This document shows positions 27,683 through 36,812 of a stretch of DNA of 64,000 nt, piece by piece. The translations under genes were made by a program, and so were the position numbers. This DNA comes from Terriglobia bacterium (GTDB lineage Bacteria; Acidobacteriota; Terriglobia; Bryobacterales; Bryobacteraceae): NCBI GenBank assembly GCA_963832905.1, contig CAWHVO010000002.1:506547-570546 (forward strand). The letters run 5' to 3'. Every line of letters starts with the position of its first letter. The first letter of the stretch is position 1. The notes under the pieces are model-generated. The model ran no database searches and had not been told where the DNA came from. It worked only from the letters and a program-made list of their open reading frames with translations.

Positions 27683-28705
27683 ATGGAACTGCTCGATCGC
27701 TATTTGTGCTCTGTCGGGAAACTGCTGCCGCGGAATCAGCAGGACGACCTTCTCGCCGAAATATCGGAAGACATCCGCTCGCAAATAGAGGAGGAAGAAA
27801 GCGAGCGGGGCCACAAGCTCGACGAATCCGAGATGGCTGCCCTGCTCATTCGCCGCGGCCACCCGGTCGCCGTGGCCGTCCGCTACATGCCGCAGCGGCA
27901 TCTGGTCGGGCCGATCCTGTTTCCGCACTGGCTTTTCCTGTTGAAGATGGTCCTGTCCTCGATTTTCGCGATCTATATCTTTCGTGTGATCCTTGCGCCA
28001 GTGCCGATCGACGGGGCTCTCGTTTTCCGGACGCTGGGAGGATTTATCCGGGCCTGCTGGGTTGCTCTCGGAGTCGTCACGCTCATCTTCGCGCTTTTTG
28101 AGCGCAGCCCGGCATACGCGAGGTTCAAAGTGCCGGAAGTGTGGGATCCGCGCGCTCTGCCTGTCTATACTCCTCCGTCGCCGGCTGCGCTGGAAGTCCC
28201 CATCATCGTGTCGGGAATCTTCTGGGCCGCGGTCTGGGTCTGGTTCTTTCAATTTCATCCGGGTTTCCGCTTCAGCGGCGGTGAAGTCTCGGCGACCCCG
28301 GCGTTCGCGGGATTTTTCTGGCCTTTTCTCCTGACCGTGCTCGCGAGCGTCGCTCTGGCTCTCGTCGCATTCCTGCGAAAGGCGCCGCCGGCGCGTCTGT
28401 TCGCGGCCATTCGTCTGGCAGTGGATGCCGCGGGCCTGATTGTGCTGTTCCTGCTGCTGAGAGCCGGTACGCCGATCGAAGCGGGCGGGCCGGTCTCACC
28501 CGCGGGACACATCGCGGGACATATCGGAGAAATCGCCGGGAAGATGAATGACGGAATCCGCGTCACTCTGATCGTCTGCGCGATACTCGTAGCCGGTCAC
28601 GCCTGGATCGAGGCCCGCCTGGCTTTTCGAAATACAGGCCGTCGAAGTACAGGCCGAGGTGGTCCGGCGCACCGCCCCGCCGCCAGCGGCCAGGCACTTT
28701 GGTAA
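27683..28705 (+). CDS. membrane protein partner of PadR
   Basis: 340 aa, 13 nt after padR. N-terminus MELLDRYLCSVGKLLP...DLLAEISEDIRSQIEE, followed by multiple TM segments. Confidence 0.8.
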   Translation: MELLDRYLCSVGKLLPRNQQDDLLAEISEDIRSQIEEEESERGHKLDESEMAALLIRRGHPVAVAVRYMPQRHLVGPILFPHWLFLLKMVLSSIFAIYIFRVILAPVPIDGALVFRTLGGFIRACWVALGVVTLIFALFERSPAYARFKVPEVWDPRALPVYTPPSPAALEVPIIVSGIFWAAVWVWFFQFHPGFRFSGGEVSATPAFAGFFWPFLLTVLASVALALVAFLRKAPPARLFAAIRLAVDAAGLIVLFLLLRAGTPIEAGGPVSPAGHIAGHIGEIAGKMNDGIRVTLIVCAILVAGHAWIEARLAFRNTGRRSTGRGGPAHRPAASGQALW

Positions 28706-28852
28706 CGGCATTGCGATTGCTCACACGGGATCGGCAAAGCTCAGCAAGAAAACTCAGGAAGTTGCGGCGGTTGCTTGTGACGCTGCCGCAATGATAATAT
28801 TCTCGCGGCCCGAGGAGCGTTTTCGGCGAACGCGAAGCGCGTCCGGCACGTA

Positions 28853-29684
28853 ATGTGGCTTGACCCCCGGCTTGTGTATACGTGCGCTTATTTTCCGGAA
28901 GCCTCGGTCACTCTCGAACGCGCGCAGACCGCCAAGATGGATTACATTTGCCGGAAACTGCGCCTGCAGCCTGGGGAAACGGTGGTCGAAGCGGGTTGCG
29001 GATGGGGCGCGCTCGCGTTGCACATGGCGCGCAACTACGGGGCGCGGGTAAAGGCGTTCAACATTTCCCGGGAGCAGCTGCGTCATGCCCGCGAGCGGGC
29101 GCGGGAAGAGCATCTCGACCATCTGGTGGAATTCATCGAAGACGATTACCGTAACGCGTCGGGCAAGTTCGATGCTTTCGTCTCGGTGGGAATGCTGGAG
29201 CATGTGGGCCGCGAGAATTACAGCCAGCTGGGCGGCGTGATTCACCGGCTGATCGGGGAAGGGGGCCGCGGACTGCTTCACTTCATCGGCCGGCGTGAGC
29301 CAGGCGAGTTCAGCCGCTGGATTCCGAAAGCGGATTTTCCCCGGGGCCCATGCGCCGACGCTTCGCGAGGCCATGCAGGTTCTGGAGCCGTTCGGGTATT
29401 TCGTGCGCGATGTGGAAGATCTGCGGTCTCACTACGCGAAGACGCTCAAGCACTGGCTGGACCAGTTCGACAAGGCGTCGGAAAAGGTGACCGCCATGTA
29501 CGGCGCCGAATTCGAAAGGGCGTGGAGGCTTTATCTGGCGGGATCGATCGCGGGATTCACGGTGGGCTCGCTGCAGTTGTTCCAGATTGTGTTTTCGGGC
29601 GAAGGATTCAGGTCGATGCCCTGGACGCGCGCCGAGCTCTATGGCGGCCGCGGCGAGAAGGAATGGACTGCTGCGACATCCTGA
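28853..29684 (+). pseudogene. cyclopropane-fatty-acyl-phospholipid synthase-like methyltransferase, N-truncated and frameshifted
   Basis: It starts at WLDPRLVYTCAYF, a motif that is normally about 100 aa into the protein. SAM motif VVEAGCGWG. A frameshift lies near 29328 (...GEFSRWI / RKRIFPGAHAPTLREAMQVLEP...), caused by one extra C. Confidence 0.65.
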
Positions 29685-30430
29685 TCGCCGGGGGCGGACC
29701 GGCGGGGTCATCTTGTGCGTGGGGGCTGCGGAATTCCGGTCTGGAAGTCGCAATTCTCGATAAACAACGTTTTCCGCGGGATAAGGTTTGCGGCGGGTGG
29801 ATCACCCCGCAGGTTCTGAAGGCGCTCAGAATCGACCCGGTGGCTTATGGCGCCGAGCGCACTCTGCAGCCGATCACCAGCTTCCGGACGGGGTCGATCG
29901 GCGGCGCCGCGCCGATCCATACGGATTACGGAAAGCCGGTCAGCTACGGGATTCGCCGATGCGAGTTCGACGAGTATCTGCTGCGGCGCTGCGGGGCCCG
30001 GGTTTTGGAGGGAGTTGGTCTTGCGAGCATCGAGCGCGACGGCGGCTCATGGATCGTCAACGGCAACCTGCGGGCGCGTCTGGTGGTGGGGGCGGGTGGG
30101 CACTTTTGTCCGGTGGCCCGGCACTTCGGCGCGAAGGCGACAGCCGCGGCGGTTGTCGCGCAGGAGACCGAGTTCGAAATGGACGAGCGCCAGCAGGCCC
30201 ATTGCCCGGTGCGCGCAATCACGCCCGAATTGTATTTCTGCCCCGATATGAAAGGCTATGGGTGGTGTTTCCGCAAAGGGAACTTCCTCAATATCGGGCT
30301 GGGGCGGGCGGATTCGCATGGACTTCCGGAGCAGGTCAACGGCTTCGTGCGATTCCTGGCGACGCTGGGAATGTCCGCGGAACTGCCCGCCATGCGCGGG
30401 CACGCCTATTTCCTCTATGGAACATCGCAG
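29663..30430 (+). pseudogene. FAD-dependent oxidoreductase (geranylgeranyl-reductase family), C-terminally truncated
   Basis: MDCCDILIAGGGPAGSSCAW (GxGxxG)...GGWITP...VVGAGGHFCPVAR...GYGWCFRKGNFLNIGLG. Family similarity stops near 30430. The 605-aa track ORF is a composite. Confidence 0.65.
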
Positions 30431-30632
30431 GCTGAAATAGCGACGAGCAACCGCCGCTTTATCACGGTGAAGTCTCCTAGGACCTGTCAGACCGTACTTG
30501 AAAGGAATTTCGTCGGGATCGTCTTTGGAGAAATCGTGCCAAATCGTGCCACCTACCGCGCAAATCATGCAATACGCGCAATCAGCGAAATCGCAAAATC
30601 AATAACTTGCGTGTTTTCAATGCTTACTGAAA

Positions 30633-30656
30633 GTTCGACTCCCCCCGCCTCCACCA
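30633..30656 (+). ncRNA. ssrA: tmRNA (ssrA) 3'-terminal fragment: T-loop, T-stem 3' strand, acceptor 3' strand and ACCA (att remnant, not a functional gene)
   Basis: gttcgact-ccccc-cgcctcc-acca. The acceptor strand CGCCUCC would give the G3:U70 pair typical of tmRNA. The 5' T-stem strand is absent (gaaag), so only the crossover segment is present. Confidence 0.65.
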
Positions 30657-30674
30657 ATTATCTGATTTAGATTT

Positions 30675-30710
30675 ATCGGTTTATGGGTGAAACCATAAAC
30701 CGATTTTTAT
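30675..30710 (+). terminator. rho-independent terminator (native ssrA terminator)
   Basis: Perfect 12-bp stem atcggtttatgg / ccataaaccgat, loop gtgaaa, followed by ttttta. It begins 18 nt after the ...CCACCA end. Confidence 0.75.
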
Positions 30711-31415
30711 ATAGTTGCAGTCAAATATTACATCCCAAGTCATTTAAGCTCGTGACCTTAGCAAAAGAGGTTTCGCTCCGCTTCAGCGCTCATCATAAAA
30801 GTTCAAGTTTCTTTGATCATTATGTGCGGGGATTGATCTCGCCCTCCGTCGAGACAAGGCCGCGTTAGCTGCGTAAGTCGGTACAGCGTCATCGTTACCC
30901 TTATTTGCGAGACATTGCAGGTGGTGACCAAGGAGCTCCATCTAAGGGAATGTAAAGAACTAATTTCTCTCATTGCCTTGAAACATGCCGTTGGATTCAG
31001 GGGTGTTTCGCTCAGTCTCATCCTTTCCTGTTCCAGTTTCGGCACAGCCAGCCATGAATTCAGACAGATGGCATGCCTGCGGAGAGAGTGAGGCCGGATT
31101 GATTTGTGCTGGGTTCGGAACAATCCTCATCAAAATCTTTTGTCGCTTGAGGCTCTTGTATCCGTCTTGATGACGCAAGATTCGCAATCTCCATCGTATC
31201 GGCGGCCCGAGGAAAATGGCCCGGTGGGTTCCGTCTTCCACCGTGCGCCTCCGCACGGCGCGATGGTGGACCGAACCGGCCAGTTGTCAAGAAGGCTTCG
31301 CCTGCTTCGCTCTGGTCGCTCGCCGGCGCCGTCCAGGCTGCCCGCGCGCGGCCTTCGTAGGTTCAGCGGGGCGCTCGTCCAGGAACACGAAGAGATCCCG
31401 AACTGGAAGCCGCAG

Positions 31416-31589
31416 TCAACCAGCGATCTGATCGATGGTCTCGAACGATGGTGCATTGATACCCCGCTCGATCAGGCTAAGAAAGTCCACGGAGATGCCG
31501 GTCAATTCCGCGAATTGTTCCTGCGTCAAATCGCGCTCGCGGCGGACATGTCGCAAACGACGGCCAAAACGCTCCCGGAGACTCAGCAT
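31416..31589 (-). CDS. XRE-family HTH protein, ended by an in-frame TGA (probable pseudogene)
   Basis: Found by hand; it is under 60 aa and so absent from the track. MLSLRERFGRRLRHVRRERDLTQEQFAELTGISVDFLSLIERGINAPSFETIDQIAG-TGA-LRLPVRDLFVFLDE... The HTH family signature continues past the stop. Confidence 0.55.
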   Translation of the reverse strand: MLSLRERFGRRLRHVRRERDLTQEQFAELTGISVDFLSLIERGINAPSFETIDQIAG

Positions 31590-31669
31590 TAAGGACTTGC
31601 GGTAAGCCCTTACATTGCCGTAACCTGACTACGAACAACACCGAACAATATTACGGATTTGGCAGCCTT

Positions 31670-32659
31670 ATGGAAATTTATCTGTTCTGCGCTGTTCTTC
31701 TGGGGTTAATACCTGCCTACATTGCCCAATCGAAAGGCTACGACTTCGGTACCTGGTGGCTTTATGGTGCGCTCCTCTTTATCGTCGCGCTTCCTCACGC
31801 GATGCTGCTTCAGCCACAACCCAAAGAAATCGAGCGCGCCCGGCTGGCAGCTGGAGATTCGAAAAAGTGCCGGTTCTGCGCGGAAATCGTGAAGCGCGAG
31901 GCGATCGTCTGCCGATACTGCGGTCGCGATCTTGAACCTGATGCGGCCCCAACTCAGGCAATCGAGCCCCAAGCGGAATCGCCGCAACCTCCACCGCCGC
32001 CACGGCGAAAGGGCGCGATTGTGTTTTGGGTCCTTGCGACGATGATTCCGCTTGTCGCCATAGGGTACGCATACTGGTACAACGTGATTGCGCCGTCCGG
32101 CGATCCTGGCAACATCAAGCGCGCCACCGAAGGCGACGCGCTGTTCAGGGAAGTCGAGCTTCTCCGAGGAGCGGTTGCTCCCGACCTTCCCGTTCTCGAT
32201 TGGAAGGATAACCGCACATTCGGTGGTTACATGGGAGACACCGGCGATCTGAGGATTCCCGGCACCAGCAATACGCTTTCCGCGACGATTGATTACTGCA
32301 TTTCGGGGTATGTTCAGGACCGGGTCGCAGAAGCCGCCATATCGGTGTTGGTCACGCGACCCGCCGATCTTCCCACCGCGAGGGCGAGGCTGAAAGCGGC
32401 CGCGGCAAAATGGTTCAGCTCTGCAAAGGTGGCTCCTCCTGCCGGTCTCTACAACGCGTTCGCTGTCGATGGAACTTTTGACGGCGATTCAGGCGGAGTC
32501 TCGGTTCAGTATTCAGTCAACTCGTGTGCCAATCATCCGATCAGGAGGGCCAGCGGCTTGTTATCCCACTGCACCCTGATGGAAGTCGTACTGAAGCCGA
32601 TTGAATCGAAATGGCCCGAGGCTCAATGGACGTGCCGCTACGGGATGAAACAACCTTAG
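31670..32659 (+). CDS. membrane protein with zinc-ribbon
   Basis: 329 aa. Two N-terminal TM segments, CRFCAEIVKREAIVCRYCG, a Pro-rich linker, a third TM segment and an extracytoplasmic domain. Confidence 0.7.
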   Translation: MEIYLFCAVLLGLIPAYIAQSKGYDFGTWWLYGALLFIVALPHAMLLQPQPKEIERARLAAGDSKKCRFCAEIVKREAIVCRYCGRDLEPDAAPTQAIEPQAESPQPPPPPRRKGAIVFWVLATMIPLVAIGYAYWYNVIAPSGDPGNIKRATEGDALFREVELLRGAVAPDLPVLDWKDNRTFGGYMGDTGDLRIPGTSNTLSATIDYCISGYVQDRVAEAAISVLVTRPADLPTARARLKAAAAKWFSSAKVAPPAGLYNAFAVDGTFDGDSGGVSVQYSVNSCANHPIRRASGLLSHCTLMEVVLKPIESKWPEAQWTCRYGMKQP

Positions 32660-32716
32660 AAAGGATTCCGTTCGCTTCGACGGGCAATGGCTGACCCGGG
32701 ATAACCGCTGGCGATA

Positions 32717-32857
32717 TCAGATCACGCTGATCTCATACGCTGGGTGCAGATAGATGATCTCCCGAGCGGGCTCGACCAAGTTTCTTCGCAGCAGCGCCTG
32801 CGTCATCGCATCCACCTGATCGTCCTGGGCTCCGTTGGAGAACGCGGCGCACGAACG
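32717..32857 (-). pseudogene. phage terminase large subunit, C-terminal fragment (second, diverged copy)
   Basis: The minus frame ...AAFSNGAQDDQVDAMTQALLRRNLVEPAREIIYLHPAYEISVI-stop parallels the end of 34777..36330 (ECAAFPNGAHDDQVDAMTQALLRWN...). The DNA is similar but not identical. Confidence 0.7.
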
Positions 32858-33109
32858 TCAACTGGTCTCGATTTCGCGTAACGCTGACAAGGCGCGTTCA
32901 ATGGCCGACTTCTGCTGTTCCAGACTGGCGATTACGCCGCTCAATCCCTCTGCCGCGCCAACTCCCATGGCGCCCCGCTGAGCGGACCGTCGGCTCCCGG
33001 ACCAGCCAGGATACTGCTGCGGATGCGCGCCGCGAATATGAGACGCAAGCCCCGTGCCACGAGACGACGTTTTCGGGCAAAACGGACATTGCAGGTTCTG
33101 TTTTGGCAT
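32858..33109 (-). CDS. C2H2-type zinc-finger plus coiled-coil small protein
   Basis: 83 aa. CPFCPKTSSRGTGLASHIRGAH (C-x2-C...H-x4-H), followed by LEQQKSAIERALSALREIE. Confidence 0.6.
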   Translation of the reverse strand: MPKQNLQCPFCPKTSSRGTGLASHIRGAHPQQYPGWSGSRRSAQRGAMGVGAAEGLSGVIASLEQQKSAIERALSALREIETS

Positions 33110-33160
33110 TTACAGGCTGTAGCGTAGCAGAACTGAAACTTCCTCGACTTGCGATCCAAA

Positions 33161-34621
33161 TCAGGTGGACTCTCGATAGGCCGTCCGTGGAACACGTTCG
33201 AACGTTGCGGGGTCGATCCGGTACGTTTCCCGATCATGGTCGTAGTTGGAACTTTGCGCCAGTGTGGCGTGCATGAGCGCGTCTCGAAAAGGTCGCGGCT
33301 TCCCGTCGAGGCGGCGCGGATTTTGTTCAGCAAATCGACCGAGCCCCCTACCCCATCTTTCGCCTTTGAGACTCCTATGTGTTTCAGACACGGACATGTA
33401 TTTCTTCTCGAAATCCTTGCCCGTCTTGATTCCATCCCAATCAGCCTCGCGAATAGGGTTCCCGGATAAGCCGTCACCTTCGTCAAGGGAGGCAGCGATG
33501 CTCATGAGCTCGTCGCGCGTGAAGTTTGCGAACTCGAAATCCGGGTCGTGTGCGAACACAGCACCGGTTATCAGGTCGGCCAACTTTCGTATGGTTCTTT
33601 GCGGCGGTGTATCCTCCTTGCCGTCCCTATCGAAAGTCACAATACTGAAGCGCTTCAAGTTCGCGTCCTCGATTAGCCAGCTCCGGAGATCAAGAGCGAT
33701 ATTGTCTTTGTCGGCCGAGATTCTCCCTTTCAAGTCAACCAGTTCAACTCCATATAGGTTTGGTTCGCCAAGCACCTCCAGAACTGCATAGTACTCTGTT
33801 GGACCTTCGACATACCACCTGACGGCACTGCCCGAGAATAAGCCGAATCGACGGGAAATGTGCCGTCTGGATTCGGCCGGCTTGTCGAGTAGCCGCTCTG
33901 AACCGAATACCCTTCGCCTCGCGGCTGCAAACGCCTGGTCCTCTTCAGGCCACTGCAGCCCCTGGGCCTCCTCGAACCCACGCCTGATGACTTCAGCGAT
34001 ATGCCGAATCCAAAGCGCTCCCGAGATTCTTCCGTCAAGCTTTTCGCGTTGTTGCCATTCGGACAAGCGCAGTAGCAAATACAGTTCGCGATTCGAATCT
34101 AAAAGGTGCGCGGTGTCGCATAACTCTCGGTGGTAGCGGCGCCAAATATCCGCATCCAGTGGCTTGATAATACTCAGAACCGCTATGCGCTGTTGCTCGC
34201 GAGCGATATTGTAGGTGGCTTGATCGATACAATCGTGAAGGCTGTAGCGCTCGGTTATGTGGGGCCAGTAGATAGGTTCCAACAAGATGGCGAGGTCAAC
34301 GACCTGATTGACCGCTGCATTGGATCCTGGTTTCTCCCCGGAGCCGCTCTGAAATAACGCGTACAGGCGGAATGGGTGGTACAACTTCCGCCCGTCATGG
34401 TCTATCTGATCCGGTAACGGCGAACGCTGGATCGTTGTCGTGCCCGCGTCATGCGTTTGCACGTAGCCGCACCGCTGGGCAAAGGAGTAGAAATCGCCTT
34501 CGCTCCGAAGGCGGTTCTGCCTAATCAAGTCAAGACGTTCTGCCCATGAACTGAGGTATCGTCTGAAATCGGATGCATCCATAGCCGCAGTCGGAAACGA
34601 AGTGGAGCCATTTTGACGCAT
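33161..34621 (-). CDS. hypothetical protein with C-terminal Toprim (RloB/OLD-type)-like domain
   Basis: 486 aa. In order: VRWYVEGPTEYYAV (EG-x-TE), IVTFDRDG (DxD), AHDPDFEFANF (compare the RloB NPCFE motif). The N-terminal domain of about 270 aa is unknown. Confidence 0.7.
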   Translation of the reverse strand: MRQNGSTSFPTAAMDASDFRRYLSSWAERLDLIRQNRLRSEGDFYSFAQRCGYVQTHDAGTTTIQRSPLPDQIDHDGRKLYHPFRLYALFQSGSGEKPGSNAAVNQVVDLAILLEPIYWPHITERYSLHDCIDQATYNIAREQQRIAVLSIIKPLDADIWRRYHRELCDTAHLLDSNRELYLLLRLSEWQQREKLDGRISGALWIRHIAEVIRRGFEEAQGLQWPEEDQAFAAARRRVFGSERLLDKPAESRRHISRRFGLFSGSAVRWYVEGPTEYYAVLEVLGEPNLYGVELVDLKGRISADKDNIALDLRSWLIEDANLKRFSIVTFDRDGKEDTPPQRTIRKLADLITGAVFAHDPDFEFANFTRDELMSIAASLDEGDGLSGNPIREADWDGIKTGKDFEKKYMSVSETHRSLKGERWGRGLGRFAEQNPRRLDGKPRPFRDALMHATLAQSSNYDHDRETYRIDPATFERVPRTAYREST

Positions 34622-34776
34622 TGAATAAGCTTCCGTCTGAACCTAATTGTAAAGCTCGCGCGCGGCCATAGCCTCTCGCAAGAGAGAGCGGGCCCGAAGT
34701 CCGGCATACTGGGACAACTTCACGCGGCCCTGCGGTTGATGCCTGTGGGATCGTAGTTGCTGCCGATCCGTTCATC

Positions 34777-36330
34777 TCAGATCGGGCTGATCTGGTACCC
34801 CCTCGGATAGTCCGGGAGATACAAGACCGTCTCCTGCGGGACTGCCATGTTCCAGCGCAGAAGCGCCTGCGTCATTGCATCCACCTGATCGTCGTGCGCG
34901 CCGTTCGGGAACGCGGCGCATTCTTCAACAAAGTCCGCCACCCACGGCGCGAACAGCGGGTGGGGCAGGTAGATGTTGCCGGCTTCGATCAGCGGGCTGA
35001 CGGCCATCGCACGGGCGATCTTGCCGCCCTCGGGATTCACCGGCAGGATGCCGGGAATGTGACTCGTGAGCATCTGAATCACCGCTGACCCGTTGGCTTT
35101 GTCCTCGATCAGTTTGGCGAGGCAGCGCGGCCATTTTGCCGTCAGTTGCAAGACCGCCTTGACCGTCGCGGGGCAGTCCATACGAGCCCGGATCTGATCG
35201 CCCAGCAGGTACATCGAGCCGACCCGGCCCCAGACCTGTCCGACCACGAAGTCCGAGGTGTCCAGATCCTTGAACGAGCAATCCCACGACTGGAGGCTTT
35301 CATCGACCCGCTGCGGTAATTCGATGGCGGTGATCGACATCTGCGACCCGTCCGGCAGCGAGACGATAACGGGAGGAAGGTTGTCTCCCCGCGGCTGCCA
35401 ATATCGAAACCAGTGCCGCTTGAACAGGCCTCCGCCAGCCGGTGAAGGACGCTGTTGGAGCTGGCCCGCAGCCGCGTAGCTTCCGAGGCTGCGCTTGAGC
35501 GATTCCAGTTCCTCCGGCCCGAAGCGCTCCGGCCACAGTAGTTCGCTCTGCTCCGTGCGCGGGTCAGACCAGCCAATCGAGGTCGTACAGCCCGGCTTCT
35601 CGTGCTCCGCAGGCAGGCACAGGTGCTCCCAACCGCCCTGTTCGAGCAGGTGCCCGCTCAGGTCCCGCTGGTGGCAACGCTGCATCACGACGACCTTCGC
35701 GGCGGTCCTGGGATCGTTCACCCGCGTTGACATCACGATGTCCCACCAGTCGAGCGTGGCTTTGCGGACCGAATCCGATTCGGCCTCCTGAACGTTATGC
35801 GGATCGTCGCAGACCACCCGGTCTCCTCCCTCGCCAGTGGCTGCTCCGCCCACAGACGTTGATAGACGGTAGCCGGAACGGTCGTTTTCGAACCGGCCCT
35901 TCGTGTTCTGGTCGCCGGTAAGCGCAAAACGGTCTCCCCAGCGTTCCTGATACCAGGGCGACTCGATAAGCCGCCTGCATTTCACCGAATCGCGGATGCT
36001 GAGCTGGGCGGCATAACTGCTGTAGAGAAACCGGCGCTCGGGCCAGCGAATCCACTCCCACGCGGGCCACAACACCGACACCAGCAGGCTCTTCATGTGC
36101 CGCGGCGGCACGTTGATCAGCAGGTTCCTGATCTGGCCGAGCGAGATGGCTTCGAGATGATCGATGATGGCGTCGATGTGCCAGCCGGGGACGAACGGCG
36201 TCGATGGCTCGATGATCGCGAAGGCCTGGCGGACGAACTCACGCAACCCGCGGGAGGCCCGCTCCTGGTCAATCTCGTCCAGGAGGCTTGGTCTTCTCAG
36301 CAATAGCGCGAAGCTGTTTGAGTTCATCAT
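34777..36330 (-). CDS. terL: phage terminase large subunit
   Basis: 517 aa. PPRHMKSLLVS (Walker A-like), VVCDDPHN (Walker B), nuclease C-domain AHDDQVDAMTQAL. Confidence 0.9.
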   Translation of the reverse strand: MMNSNSFALLLRRPSLLDEIDQERASRGLREFVRQAFAIIEPSTPFVPGWHIDAIIDHLEAISLGQIRNLLINVPPRHMKSLLVSVLWPAWEWIRWPERRFLYSSYAAQLSIRDSVKCRRLIESPWYQERWGDRFALTGDQNTKGRFENDRSGYRLSTSVGGAATGEGGDRVVCDDPHNVQEAESDSVRKATLDWWDIVMSTRVNDPRTAAKVVVMQRCHQRDLSGHLLEQGGWEHLCLPAEHEKPGCTTSIGWSDPRTEQSELLWPERFGPEELESLKRSLGSYAAAGQLQQRPSPAGGGLFKRHWFRYWQPRGDNLPPVIVSLPDGSQMSITAIELPQRVDESLQSWDCSFKDLDTSDFVVGQVWGRVGSMYLLGDQIRARMDCPATVKAVLQLTAKWPRCLAKLIEDKANGSAVIQMLTSHIPGILPVNPEGGKIARAMAVSPLIEAGNIYLPHPLFAPWVADFVEECAAFPNGAHDDQVDAMTQALLRWNMAVPQETVLYLPDYPRGYQISPI

Positions 36331-36682
36331 CGGTCAGTTTGGAATAATCCGGCTTGGCTGCGATCTGGATCGGACCTCCGGCCAGGCCCGTGTGTTCGGT
36401 GTTCACGACATCGCGGTAGCCGAGCAGGTTCTTCGAAAGGAAGATGGCGGCCGCGACGTTATCCTTGCCCGCCAACCGGAAAAGATGCCTGCGGACCGAT
36501 ATCCGGCCCTTTGCTTTCGCGCGATCCATGATGTCCCTGAACTTCGCTACTTTGCGGCGCCGCATGATGGTGCGCTTGTTGACTCCGAAGAACGCGGCGA
36601 TCTCTTCGTCCGTGCACTGCATGTTGCACAGCTTTTCGAGTTCAACCAGATCGATTTTGGCTTCAGGACGCGCCATGATCAT
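36269..36682 (-). CDS. terS: phage terminase small subunit
   Basis: 137 aa. HTH segment CTDEEIAAFFGVNKRTIMRR. Its 3' end overlaps terL. Confidence 0.8.
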   Translation of the reverse strand: MIMARPEAKIDLVELEKLCNMQCTDEEIAAFFGVNKRTIMRRRKVAKFRDIMDRAKAKGRISVRRHLFRLAGKDNVAAAIFLSKNLLGYRDVVNTEHTGLAGGPIQIAAKPDYSKLTDDELKQLRAIAEKTKPPGRD

Positions 36683-36812
36683 GCTCCTCCTTTTCGATCA
36701 GCCTCAGTTCCGCGCTCCAGTCCGCGAGCGCGAGGCACAGGCCATCGAGGTCCGGGTGCCCGGCCCGAATCTGCGATTCGATTTCCGCGATCTCGCGGCG
36801 GCAGCCTTCGAT

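Noticed and set aside
28853-30670. 605-aa ORF read as a single fusion protein
   Set aside because: It is a composite. It begins with a CFA-synthase-like frame, which is disrupted by a frameshift. A separate flavoprotein gene then starts at ATG 29663. The ORF ends in about 240 nt of non-homologous read-through into the ssrA att region.
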